DNA of 64,000 nucleotides from Macrostomum hystrix (Eukaryota; Animalia; Platyhelminthes): the NCBI GenBank assembly GCA_950097015.1, contig CATNEN010000029.1:2294001-2358000 (forward strand), in the 5' to 3' direction. Position numbers and translations under genes: made by a program. Positions 26,401-37,956 of the stretch are shown here, in pieces (the stretch's first letter is position 1; every line of letters begins with the position of its first letter). Under the pieces are notes generated by a model. The model worked only from the letters and a program-made list of their open reading frames with translations. It searched no databases and was not told the DNA's origin.

Positions 26401-29400
26401 CAATTCACTACACCAGCTCACACAATGGAAACAGCTGATCGAGTCACAGAGCTGGCATTCAATTCACTACACCAGCTCACGCAATGGAAACAGCTGATCG
26501 AGTCACAGAGCTGGCATTCAATTCACTACACCAGCACACACAATGGAAACAGCTGATCGAGTCACTAAGCCGGCATTCACTACACCAGCTCACACAATGG
26601 AAACAGCTGATCGAGTCACAGAGCTGGCATTCAATTCACTACACCAGCTCACACAATGTAAACAGCTGATCGAGTCACAGAGCTGGCATTCAATTCACTA
26701 CACCAGCTCACACAATGGAAACAGCTGATTGAGTCACTGAGCTGGCATTCAGTTCACTACACCAGCTCACACAATGGAAACAGCTGATTGAGTCACTGAG
26801 CCGGCATTCACTACACCAGCTCACACAATGGAAACAGCTGATTGAGTCACTGAGCCGGCATTCACTACACCAGCACACAATGGAAACAGCTGATCGAGTC
26901 ACTGAGCCGGCATTCACTACACCAGCTCACACAATGGAAACAGCTGATTGAGTCACTGAGCCGGCATTCACTACACCAGCTCACACAATGGAAACAGCTG
27001 ATTGAGTCACAGAGCCGGCATTCACTACACCAGCTCACACAATGGAAACAGCTGATTGAGTCACAGAGCCGGCATTCACTACACCAGCTCACACAATGGA
27101 AACAGCTGATTGAGTCACTGAGCCGGCATTCACTACACCAGCTCACACAATGGAAACAGCTGATTGAGTCACTGAGCCGGCATTCACTACACCAGCTCAC
27201 ACAATGGAAACAGCTGATTGAGTCACTGAGCCGGCATTCACTACACCAGCTTACATAATGAAAACAGCTGATTGAGTCACTGAGCCGGCATTCACTACAC
27301 CAGCTCACACAATGAAAACAGCTGATTGAGTCACTGAGCTGGCATTCAATTCACTACACCAGCTCACACAATGAAAACAGCTGATTGAGTCACTGAGCTG
27401 GCATTCAATTCACTACACCAGCACACACAATGGAAACAGCTGATTGAGTCACTGAGCCGGCATTCACTACACCAGCTCACACAATGAAAACAGCTGATTG
27501 AGTCACTGAGCCGGCATTCACTACACCAGCTCACACAATGAAAACAGCTGATTGAGTCACTGAGCTGGCATTCAATTCACTACACCAGCTCACACAATGG
27601 AAACAGCTGATTGAGTCACTGAGCCGGCATTCACTACACCAGCACACACAATGGAAACAGCTGATCGAGTCATTGAGCCGGCATTCAATTCACTACACCA
27701 GCTCACACAATGGAAACAGCTGATTGAGTCACTGAGCTGTCTTTGTACTTAATAATTGACTAGTTTGTTTGAAATTTGTTTGAAATTGCAACTGAATGAT
27801 ATGCTGGTAAGTGTATACTAGCATAATTTCTTGATCATTTTTATGACTTCCTTATGTCTGCCAGAAATAGAGAAAGGGAAATGAAAAAAAGTGAAATTAT
27901 GGTGTGAATTTTCAGTTATATACTTTGACGTTAATGGGATACTTGAAGTACACAAATTATTTCAAGAATTTGGTTATTATTGGATATTGAAATCTCGATG
28001 CTCACAAATTAACTAAGACAAGATTAAACTACAGTAGAGAATTAAGTGACTTAAGAAGGAAGAAGTGCTGGCTAGTAAAGCACTAGCAGCGAAAGACTCA
28101 CTTCGGACAGAGCGTCGCGGATAGTCGGCGTTCTGCTTTGGCGACCAACGCGCAAGTTAGATTTGCGCTGCGTGGGTGTCGGCTGCGGCGGCTGCGACTG
28201 CGATAGCCTACTGGCGCCCTGCTGGTCTGCAAAGTGAAATGCGAAAGCTGACATACTTTGTACTTCAATCCAAACCACCAGGGGATGATTAGCAGAGCGG
28301 TCTAACGCGTCTACCTCTCGCACCAAGGTCCCTGAGCTCAATTCCGCGCCGAGGCCACATTGTACTCTAGTTTGGATTATTAACAGTACAAAGGCCACAC
28401 TATTTCCCTCTTGGGTCTTACGATAGCTCCAAAACCGAAAGTAACCGAAACCGAAACTAACTTTCAAAGCCGTCCGATTTCAGCATCGTTGAAATATAGC
28501 TTTTGTCAGGCTATCTCAGCCTATGGGCATTCAAACTCAGCCAGATAGCAGATAGCATGGCATGGTCTTAAAATGCATGTCTATGGTAAAAATGTGCAGC
28601 TTCAGTAAAAAAACCGCAGTGACAAGATGGGCTGGCTGAGTTTGAATGCCCATAGGCTGAGATAGCCTGACAAAAGCTATATTAAGCGATTCTTGTCGAA
28701 GACCCTCGTGACAAGGACAACTAGCATTGCTCTGTGTAAACCTCTGTGGTGAATCCATATGGTTCAGTACTTTAATATATAATTGACAATATAACCAATA
28801 CAATATAGTCAACAATACGAAGTAATAGCCGACATGGTTTCATGATAGAATTGTTGAATGTCTCGACGATGCCGATGTTTTGTGATTCTGGTAGCTGTTT
28901 CATCGAATAGAGCGTAAAAAATCTTAGCTTCCGTGTTATTTCTACAGTTAATACAAAACATCAACTTGTCATTTAGTCGCAAACTAGTCCAGAATCTAGT
29001 CTACACCTTCTGTGCGGTAGTCAGCAATTACCACTAATTACCATTGAGCCAGTATAATTATCAGCCTAATATACCTTTTTACGTTCTTTTTATATATATC
29101 TTTTTATTTGATAAAAACTGCAACCAATTTGGCCACGGCTCAGCCTGACGCAGCCGCAGCAATTTTCCATAGACAGCCGCCGCTAGCAGCAACCAATTTG
29201 GTAAATCAGTTAATAATTGATTACACCTGCCCCAATTTGGTCAGATGTGCAGTCGACAGCACAGCCGCAGCTAGTTCAGTCCATGGACTGGGGAGACGCC
29301 ACACCCACCTTCAATTATCCCAGCTAATGCTGGTACGCATTTAACAGCTGGGTGAACTGAAGCAATGCAGAGTTAGGTTTCTTGCTTAAGGACAAAAATT

Positions 29401-32400
29401 ATTCCAGTGGAGTCGGGAATCGAACCCCCGACCTTCAAGTCGTGAGTTCGACGCCGTAACCACAATGCTGCAACCTCTAATAGGCCTTTTTTGTCTATTA
29501 CTGAGTCAAATTCGTAAAAAAATAAATAATCCCATAATCTCGGTAGGTGTTCATTACCTTTTATACCTTAGATTAGATTAGTTTTTAGATTTATAGGCAA
29601 GCAATATAGCAGCATTAGAAGATTGTTAAAATTCTCTGACAAAAAGAAAATTTATGACCCGGCAATTGAAAAAAATATCAATGCCTGGCCTCAAAGCAAT
29701 CATATAAAAAATTATGCCAGGTGCGATAATGGAGGCAAAAATTATCTTAACTCACCGTCGCAAATTTCAAACACTGTGCTCTGCTGGGTTGAATTTGCCG
29801 CAAAATTTGCCACTGCAATCTGCTTCATCACTGCGAGTCGAAGAGGAAAATGTGAGGATAGAAAATGTAAAGAAATCATAATTCATCTGATTTCATGACA
29901 GCATGAAAGCTCAGATTATTTTTCCAATACTAAATTTGTTTTTCAAAAGTTCCGGTTAAGCGTTAGAAAAATTAGAAAGAATTAGAAAGAATACGAAATA
30001 ACAGATAAACAGCTGACTTGTAATTTCATTCACTGACCGATTGAGCATACACACAACTGCAAGAAAATAACACGCGTTCTTCTTAGCGACGTATCTAATG
30101 TCGAAATCTTGACGTTGATGTTGATCTTGATGTCCTAATTGTAGTGTCATGTGTCCGAATTCAAATATAGTGTCGATTAAGAAGGGAAAACATTTGAGAA
30201 AATATGAATATCATTTGTAAAAACTCGGATTTACTGTAGCTTAATTAGGATTTTCTGAGTGCTAATTAAGTTTTTATGAGTCTTGATGGAACCCGGAATG
30301 ACAGAAGATTTTCTGTGATTCTACAAGGACTAACATTGTTTTAATAAGAATAAAATATTAGAAGAAAATTATATTGACTGATATAACACAGTCCAAACCA
30401 CACTCGATAAACAGTCCAAAACACACTCGATAAACAGCCTGAAATACACTCGATAAACAGCCCGAAATACACTAAATAAACAGCCCGAAACACACTCGAT
30501 AAACAGTCCATAACACACTCGATAAACAGCCTGAAATACACTCGATAAACAGCCGGAAATACACTCGATAAACAGCCCGAAATACACTAGATAAACAGCC
30601 CGAAACACACTCGATAAACAGTCCAAAACACACTCGATAAACAGCCTGAGATAAACGGCCTGAAATATACTCGATAAACAGTCCAAAACACACTCGATAA
30701 ACAGCCCGAAATACATTCGATAAACAGCCTGAAACACACTCGATAAACAGCCTGAAATATACTCGATAAAGAGTCCGAAACACGCTCGATAAACTGCCTG
30801 AAATACACTCGATAAACAGTCCAAAACACACTCGATATACAGCCCGAAATACATTCGATAAACAGCCTGAAACACACTCGATAAACAGCCTGAAATATAC
30901 TCGATAAAGAGTCCGAAACACGCTCGATAAACTGCCTGAAATACACTCGATAAACAGTCCAAAACACACTCGATATACAGCCCGAAATACATTCGATAAA
31001 CAGCCTGAAACACACTCGATAAACAGCCTGAAATATACCGATAAAGAGTCCGAAACACACTCGATAAACATCCCGAAATACACTCGAAAAACTGCCTGAG
31101 ACACAATCGATAAATCCTGAGCCTGAAAAACTAAAAAAACCGCCCGAAACAAAGTACACGAAGCAATTTGTGTAAGAAAGAATCTTGCTTGTTGGCCAAG
31201 CGCTTATGAAGGCTTAAACGATTAATACAGTTAAGCTTGGTAAAAAAGCGCAAAAATTGGTCTTCAGCAACAATGGTTGCCTAAAAGATTAATGTGCCCC
31301 GCACAATTGATGAGCAACTACTGTAAGAGTTTGAGCTGCTCACCACTCAAGCTTGGGGTGTTCAAGTGCTTGGTGTGAAGTCGAAGTGCAGTCAAGACAA
31401 ACAGCACAAAGAGGTTTTTATATGACTCCTAATTAGGATTTACTTATAATATCCTATTTGGTAACTGTCTTGTTGAATACTTTTGGCACAATTAGACTAT
31501 TTTCTACAGATATCGAGGTAAAATAATTATTAAACAATGACTCACACTGATCCAGCTTAGTGGTAATGGCAGACAGACTATGAGCCTGCTGAGCTTCAAC
31601 AGCCTGAAATCGGCCAACCATGAAGTCCCACAGGTCCTGCACTGTGACTTCGCCCAGCTGCAGCAGGCTAGCCGCAGGCGCAGGCGGTAGTTGGCTATAC
31701 CGCGACCAGCAGTTGTTACCAGCAGCCAGCCGCTGACTGTGGCCGGCGCTCATTGCCGCACTGGCTGGGGTGGCTGTGCGCCCAGAAGTCGCGGCCTGAC
31801 TAAATCGGGGCCGCTTATTAACCGAGTCCTGATTACTATCCAACGCCGGGCCGTACGAATCCCGTGCCAGACGCTTCTGACTCGGTCCTGGCTGCTGGCT
31901 GAGAGCCTGACTAGTATTTGAACGATGTTGTCCTTGGTAACGACTGCTTTGAGTTTGCTCCTGGCTAAAAGCCTGACTGGAACCCGGCTGCTGTTGTTTT
32001 TGTTGGCCCTGGCAACCAACTTTTTGCTTCTTGGCTGCCTGGCTGAATGTCTGACCAACACTGGATTGTGGCTCTACTGATGACTGACCGAAAGCCTGAC
32101 CCGATCTACTAGGCTTCTGTTGTCCTTGACAACGGTTGCTTGGAAGTGTTCTCTGACTCTGACTGAAGCTCGAGATACCATTAGCCAGCGACACTTGACT
32201 ACAGCCTTGGCCAAGATCGGATTCTCTTTGGCGGCCTTGACGACCATCCCGATTTTCTCGCTGGCTAAAGCCCTGACTTGCACTGTCAACGCGCCGGTGT
32301 TGACCTTGGTTACAACTGGCCTTCATTGGTTGCTGACTAAAACCTTGCACTTGGCTAAAATTTTGACTTGACCCAGCAACTGTCTGGCGGCATTGGTAAC

Positions 32401-33636
32401 CATCCTGCGTCGACTTCTGACTAAAGCTTCCGCTGGTCCAAGCAACTGATACGCGTCCTTGGTGACTGTCACTGACCGGCCTTTGACAAAAACTTTCGCC
32501 AGATCGACCGACAGTTTGGCGCCCTTGGAAACTATCGCGATCTATCCACTGGCTAAAGCCGGGATTTGAACCAGCAACCAATCGGCGTCCTTGGTAATTA
32601 TCGTTGCATTGCTCAAATTGTTGAGTGAATATCTGGCTGCGACTAATACCTGATCGGCCCGGCATCTGGTGAGCACCGCCAGGCTGCTGGTGCGGCGGAA
32701 TGAAATCTATAATAATTGAGGAGAACTAAGTCTTGAAATACTACTTTTAGCAGTAGAACTGTCAACACTAAGGCGAAATCGCCCCTGACAATTATTTCTG
32801 CTGCACCCAAACAGAGCAATGCAAGCACACGCAGACGAAACTTTTGCTGAGCATCTTCTGAAAAAGGCACCAGCCCTTCACACTGTCGAGATATTCAATG
32901 CACTGCGGCTTAGTGCGACCTAGGTTGGCCTTCAAACTTTATCAGCACGTCACCCGGATGTGCCTTCATCATTTTCGAACTTTATCTAGAAGGAGCTGCG
33001 GACATTCAACAAGTAGTAGTTTAGTGTAACCCAATATCGAGGCGAGCGAAAGTGGAGAACTTTGCATTAGGCACTTTATGGCCAGCTGAAGGCATCCTGC
33101 TGACGGTGCTGACGGCGTCGGGGTGGTGGCTGATAATTTGACAGACTAGGCGAGGGTCCTGTGGTTGAGCTTTGCCAGCGAAGCTTGATCAGCGAAATGG
33201 GAGAAATTTGCATCAGGGTGTCCATAGTCGGCTGGTGCCACTTGTTGAAGGTCCAGCAGCTCCGTCTAGATAAAGGCGCGTGACTACTGAAGTCGGAGAT
33301 GATGCAGGCACAGTTGGGTGATAAAGTTTGAAAGCCGTGCAAAGCCGCAACTGAGACGCAGTTCGAATTCGTGTATGAAATACAGACCTTCGAAAAGAAC
33401 CGTTGAGTATCTCGACGGTCTGAAGGGCTGGCGACTTAATTCTAGTTTCAGAAGATACGCAGAAAAGTTGTTTCACATTGTAAAAAGCACTCACCACCAG
33501 ATCGTCCAGTTAGTAATGTCGGCTGCGAGCTGTGCCTAGTAAATAGTGGCCGATCACGAAAGTTGTCAAACGCCGGCTGATTATCGTCCCCAGAGCCGCC
33601 AGCAAGTGATCGCCTCTGGCCGGCGTTAAAGCTCAT
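23427..33636 (-). CDS. Tentative orphan gene: ~520-aa Q/S/G-rich protein with FSQ repeats and a short predicted coiled coil
   Basis: Hand-built model complement(join(23427..23561,28102..28226,31546..32706,33495..33636)). ATG at 33636; three GTGAGT donors; acceptors TATAG, TTTGCAG, GCCCAG; phases 1,1,0 all compatible; no internal stop; total 1563 nt. Exon 2 is the 403-aa ORF 31454..32665 trimmed at splice sites. No recognisable domain. Confidence 0.55.
24845..27738. repeat. 54/59-bp satellite (CACTACACCAGCTCACACAATGGAAACAGCTGATYGAGTCACWGAGCYGGCATT[CAATT])
   Basis: About 51 units of two lengths. Confidence 0.97.
28281..28466 (+). mobile_element. tRNA-derived SINE-like element (second family)
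   Basis: A-box-like TAGCAGAGCGG and degenerate B-box GAGCTCAATTCC in tRNA spacing, no complete cloverleaf, short ACCGAAA-repeat tail. Confidence 0.5.
28493..28683. mobile_element. MITE with perfect 52-bp terminal inverted repeats
   Basis: 28493-28544 is the exact reverse complement of 28632-28683; 87-bp spacer; AT-rich ends. Confidence 0.8.
29230..29475 (-). mobile_element. tRNA-derived SINE (palindrome family)
   Basis: tRNA-like head with B-box GGTTCGATTCC (~29410-29475), central segment TGTCCTTAAGCAAGAAACCTAAC...CACCCAGCTGTTAAATG, and palindrome CAGTCCATGGACTG at 29277-29290. Confidence 0.75.
30385..31110. repeat. 23-bp minisatellite (ACACTCGATAAACAGCCYGAAAT)
   Basis: About 30 variable units with a higher-order duplication; a few more units occur at 34918-34985. 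Confidence 0.93.
31142..31361 (+). repeat. 220-bp direct repeat, copy 1 (copy 2 at 34978-35196)
   Basis: Manual alignment shows ~7 differences in 220 bp. Confidence 0.92.
32868..33430. pseudogene. Two convergent decayed copies of an unidentified coding sequence (probably TE-derived) in intron 1 of the orphan gene
   Basis: 32868-33015 (+) aligns with the reverse complement of ~33240-33430; 33120-33300 aligns with 45090-45250; differences fall mainly at third codon positions in one frame. Confidence 0.5.
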
Positions 33637-33894
33637 CGTAAAATAATGTAATACAGCTTTTTTAAAAAGCGGCACCCTAAAAACATAGGCGCTTTTTCAA
33701 GACTCGAAGCGAAAAATTGTTTATTTTTTAGTTCTCCTCGCTGAAAAAAATAAATTGCGATAAATTAAACTGTAATAGTAAGTATCAATTTAGTTACACT
33801 TAATAAACACACAGTTCAAAGAAAATGAGAGTGGGCCGAATGCCGTGTGCTAGTCACATAAATAATGCTAGGGGCTGATAATGGTTTTAGGATT

Positions 33895-34915
33895 GAATAA
33901 TGGTGATAGGGTGGATAATTATGATAGGGCGAATAATAATGATAGGGTGGATAATGGTGATAGGGCGGATAATGGTGATAGGGCGGATAATGGTGACAGG
34001 ATGGATAATAGTGATAGGGTGGATAATGATGATAGGGTGGACAATGATAATAGGGTGAATAATTATGATAGGGTGGATAATGGTGATAGGGTGGATAATA
34101 GTGATAGGGTGGATAATGATAATAGGGTGGATAATGATGATAGGGTGGACAATGATAATAGGGTGGATAATTATGATAGGGCGAATAATAATGATAGGGT
34201 GGATAATGGTGATAGGGTGGATAATGGTGATAGGGTGGATAATAGTGATAGGGTGGATAATGATAATAGGGTGAATAATTATGATAGGGCGAATAATAAT
34301 GATAGGGTGGATAATGGTGATAGGGTGGATAATGGTGATAGGGTGGATAATAGTGATAGGGTGGATAATGATGATAGGGTGGATAATGATAATAGGGTGG
34401 ATAATTATGATAGGGCGAATAATAATGATAGGGTGGATAATGGTGATAGGGTGGATAATGGTGATAGGGTGGATAATAGTGATAGGGTGGATAATGATAA
34501 TAGGGTGAATAATTATGATAGGGCGAATAATAATGATAGGGTGGATAATGGTGATAGGGTGGATAATGGTGATAGGGTGGATAATGGTGATAGGGTGGAT
34601 AATGGTGATAGGGTGGATAATGATGATAGGGTGGACAATGATAATAGGGTGAATAATTATGATAGGGTGGATAATGGTGATAGGGTGAATAATGATGATA
34701 GGGTGGATAATGATGATAGGGTGGATAATGATGATAGGGTGGATAATGGTGATAGGGTGGACAATGATAATAGGGTGAATAATTATGATAGGGTGGATAA
34801 TGGTGATAGGGTGAATAATGATGATAGGGTGGATAATGGTGATAAGGTGGATAATGATGATAGGGTGGATAATGATGATAGGGTAGATAATGATGATAGG
34901 GTAGATAATGATGAC
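33895..34915. repeat. 18-bp minisatellite (GATAGGGTGGATAATGRT)
   Basis: About 56 units with higher-order periodicity. Confidence 0.96.
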
Positions 34916-34977
34916 GAACACTCGATAAACAGCCTGAGATACATTTGATGAACAACCTGAAACAAACGCAATAAACA

Positions 34978-35196
34978 GCCCGAAACACGGTACACGAAGC
35001 AATTTGTGTAAGAAAGAATCTTGCTTGTTGGCCAAGCGCTTATGAAGGCTTAAACGATTAATACAGTTAAGCCTCGTAAAAAGCGCAAAAATTGGTCTTC
35101 AGCAACAATGGTTGCCTAAATGATTAATGTGCCCCGCACAATTGATGAGCAACTACCGTAAGAGTTTGAGCTGCTCACCACTCAAGCTTGGGGTGT
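34978..35196 (+). repeat. 220-bp direct repeat, copy 2
   Basis: Matches 31142-31361. Confidence 0.92.
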
Positions 35197-36324
35197 GGAA
35201 GTGAATTTGCAGCTCAGTGATTAGAGCCCAGGACTACTTGGCCATGTGACCAAGGACCTTGTCCATGGACTTAATATATCTATGCATCTACAAGCCACAT
35301 ACTGTTTTCATTTAAATGAAATGAAACTAATTTGAACAGATTTCAAGCAGGAAAAAACTGTAGTAAAAATATAATTTTTGCATTCATTAGAGCCAGTTTA
35401 ATATCGCCAGATGCGGCACTAGCCAGTCTTGATAGTGAACATTTACCGGGATTAACACTAATACAAACAGTGCAGTTAAGCCTGGATTTAAAACGCAACA
35501 AGCTGAATGCCTACTATTTCAATCCAAAAATTTTACCAGGAATAAACTAATGACCCTCCTCTACATAGCAACTAAACACATAAGCACTTTCAAGCTCAAC
35601 ATTAGCAAGCAACTAATTGAAGCGGGCAGGTTAGTGGGTGCTTGCACGCGTGCGTGATACTGGAAGCCAACTTAGAGCTGACGAGAAAACAGCAGAAGCC
35701 AGAGGGGCTGAGCAGAGAGAACTTGGGAGAACTTTAAATGCTAATAAACATCAGTTGAATTCGCTTAAAAAACTGAAGAGAAAATTTCGGATTTTACCAC
35801 ATAAAAAGGTGACTTCAAAATTGAATAAAAGTACAAAAATAGTTTGCAAACGCAGCAGAATAGAACTCAAACCTCAAAGATGATGGCAACAGGAAACAAA
35901 GGAAATTAAAAGCGACTGTGGAAATGTTCTATGTACAGTTGCACCTATATCTAGCCTCATTTGATTGGGGAAAAAAATAAACCACTATTAATAAATAAAT
36001 ACCGAAAGGAAGTTTGCAAATTTTAACTTCTTAGGAAGAAAATACCAGAGAACAACACAGACAATGTATAGGAACAAGAATGCAATTGGCCTGATTGACT
36101 TTTTCATAAATTAATGTCCCAAGGCTTTGTTCGTCTGTCGCATCTCTTTTTCTCTGAACAAAATTGGTGCACGTAAAGCAGAGTTACAGCGAGTGGACCG
36201 TTACTTTTGTTGCGCTAAATCAGCTAAACAGATTAACGGGTAACAATTAGCGACAATAGGTTTAGTCTGTTTAGTGAAATTGAAAGCAAATAAAAGGACA
36301 AATATATTTGTAAAGAAGGAACAC

Positions 36325-37956
36325 TCATCGACCAACAGCCACAATGTCCATCAGTTCAACATCGCCGGGAGCTGCAGTGGCGCCGACGCCCATAACAACC
36401 ACGGCGGCTGCGGCATCAGTGGGCAGTTGAACTCTCAACGGGCGCACTGGCGGCGAAGCTGGCAGGCACCAGTCCAGCAGCAGCGGACTGGAAGCCGCCT
36501 GACGCCTTCGACAACGATTATCATTGTCATCGGTGTCATCATCAGCGGCTGCTTTCAGCTGCTCGGCAGACGGCTCGGGCGATACCATAGCCAAACCGCG
36601 GCCAACCGTGTGACCAATCGGATCCTCGTCCATGGCCTCCTCGTCATCCGCTTCCGCTTCCTGACGAATCGCGCCATAGAAGGCGCACTCGTTATCGACG
36701 TCTGAATAGTCGTCGGCGTCGTCATCCGACTGACTGGATAACAGAGTCGAAGGCGGCGGCGGCAGGGGGTGACGCAGGCTGCGGTAGGGACTGGGCACCA
36801 GTAGGTCGGGCAGGGGCTGCTGCGCCGGCATCGCCTGGTCAGACGAAGCAGATGTCGCCTCGACGCCGCTTGACGTTGTTGACGACGCTTCGCGTCGGCG
36901 TCGGCCGCTGTGAGCCGCCGGCGGACTAGACGAACGCGAGGAAGAGGTGGCTGCGTTACAGTCCTGACGGCTTCCCAATTGGGGAGGATGCTGAGATCTC
37001 GCGGCCATGAGGCGGCAGGCCAATACAGAGAGAGCCGGCGCGGAGCTGGGGCTCACATACTGATTAGTGATGAGGTGCTCGGCCAAGGCGCGCATAGAGA
37101 CAAACTCTGCGCCGAGAAGTTTCTGTGCCCATTGTACAACCACAGAGTCGTGAAATGTGGCACCGCCGGATCTGCTGCCGCCGCCATTGCTGGCATCGTC
37201 ATCCGAGGAGGTCTGCTGCTGAGCTAGCTGAGCTAGCGAGCCGGGCGGAGGTAACAGGTCGGTTAGGCGAGGCTGCGGCGGACAGGCCTGCTTGCGCAGT
37301 CCGCCATAACAGTATTTCGACTGGCCGCGTTGGCCAAGCCGGCGGGGCTTGACGCCGGGGAAGGCGCGCTTCATCGCCTTGCCAAAGTCGGCCGTGTTTA
37401 AGGGCTTGCAACCGTGCGCCTCGCAGTACTGCTTGTAGTCCGAGTAGACTTCGTCTTTGCGCAGGCACACGCTCGGATCCTCTTCCAGGTGGCTTAGTAT
37501 CCAGGTGTGCGCGTGCGTCTGCTCCGCCTGGTTGCTGAGCTGCGTCAGCTGCTGCTGCTGCTGCTGCTGATTTGGCAGAACTTGATCTATTGGCCTGCCA
37601 CCAGCTGGCAGCTGCAGATAGAGCAACAGCTTCTCAAGGTCAGACAGAGAACGCACCGAATCAAGAATTGCGCAGACTCGCTCACGCGCCTCAGCTGTCA
37701 CATCGGATTCCAGATCGTCACGCAGGGTGTCCATCAGTGGCGTGACATTACGGCTAGACTGGCTGCCGCCGGCGTCTAGTTCAGCAGCAGCTTCACGTTT
37801 GATGACGGCGCCATGCGGGCCAACAGTTGGACTGGTGTTGCGATTCACAGCTTCTACATTGTTATAATTGGCAGTCGAGGATGCTGAAGACGATGATGAA
37901 GGCGCCTTTTGTCTGGCGCTAGGTATTTTATTGTTTGTGTTAGTTTGGCTGACCGG
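36325..37956 (-). CDS. RFX7: RFX-family winged-helix transcription factor, RFX5/RFX7-like
   Basis: RFX DNA-binding domain (HTWILSHLEE...VYSDYKQYC...LNTADFGKAMKRAFPGVKPRRLGQRGQSKYCYGGLRK) preceded by the RFX5/7 N-terminal motif LSDLEKLLLYLQLP. Frame is open up to 37986 without an ATG; likely acceptor TTACAG just before 37956; 5' exon not found. RFX5 vs RFX7 not resolvable by eye. Confidence 0.88.
   Translation of the reverse strand, partial: PVSQTNTNNKIPSARQKAPSSSSSASSTANYNNVEAVNRNTSPTVGPHGAVIKREAAAELDAGGSQSSRNVTPLMDTLRDDLESDVTAEARERVCAILDSVRSLSDLEKLLLYLQLPAGGRPIDQVLPNQQQQQQQLTQLSNQAEQTHAHTWILSHLEEDPSVCLRKDEVYSDYKQYCEAHGCKPLNTADFGKAMKRAFPGVKPRRLGQRGQSKYCYGGLRKQACPPQPRLTDLLPPPGSLAQLAQQQTSSDDDASNGGGSRSGGATFHDSVVVQWAQKLLGAEFVSMRALAEHLITNQYVSPSSAPALSVLACRLMAARSQHPPQLGSRQDCNAATSSSRSSSPPAAHSGRRRREASSTTSSGVEATSASSDQAMPAQQPLPDLLVPSPYRSLRHPLPPPPSTLLSSQSDDDADDYSDVDNECAFYGAIRQEAEADDEEAMDEDPIGHTVGRGLAMVSPEPSAEQLKAAADDDTDDNDNRCRRRQAASSPLLLDWCLPASPPVRPLRVQLPTDAAAAVVVMGVGATAAPGDVELMDIVAVGR

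Noticed and set aside
24845-27738. CRISPR-like regular repeats (also 47202-47604, 48541-48803)
   Set aside because: Units are head-to-tail with no unique spacers, there are no cas genes, and the context is eukaryotic.
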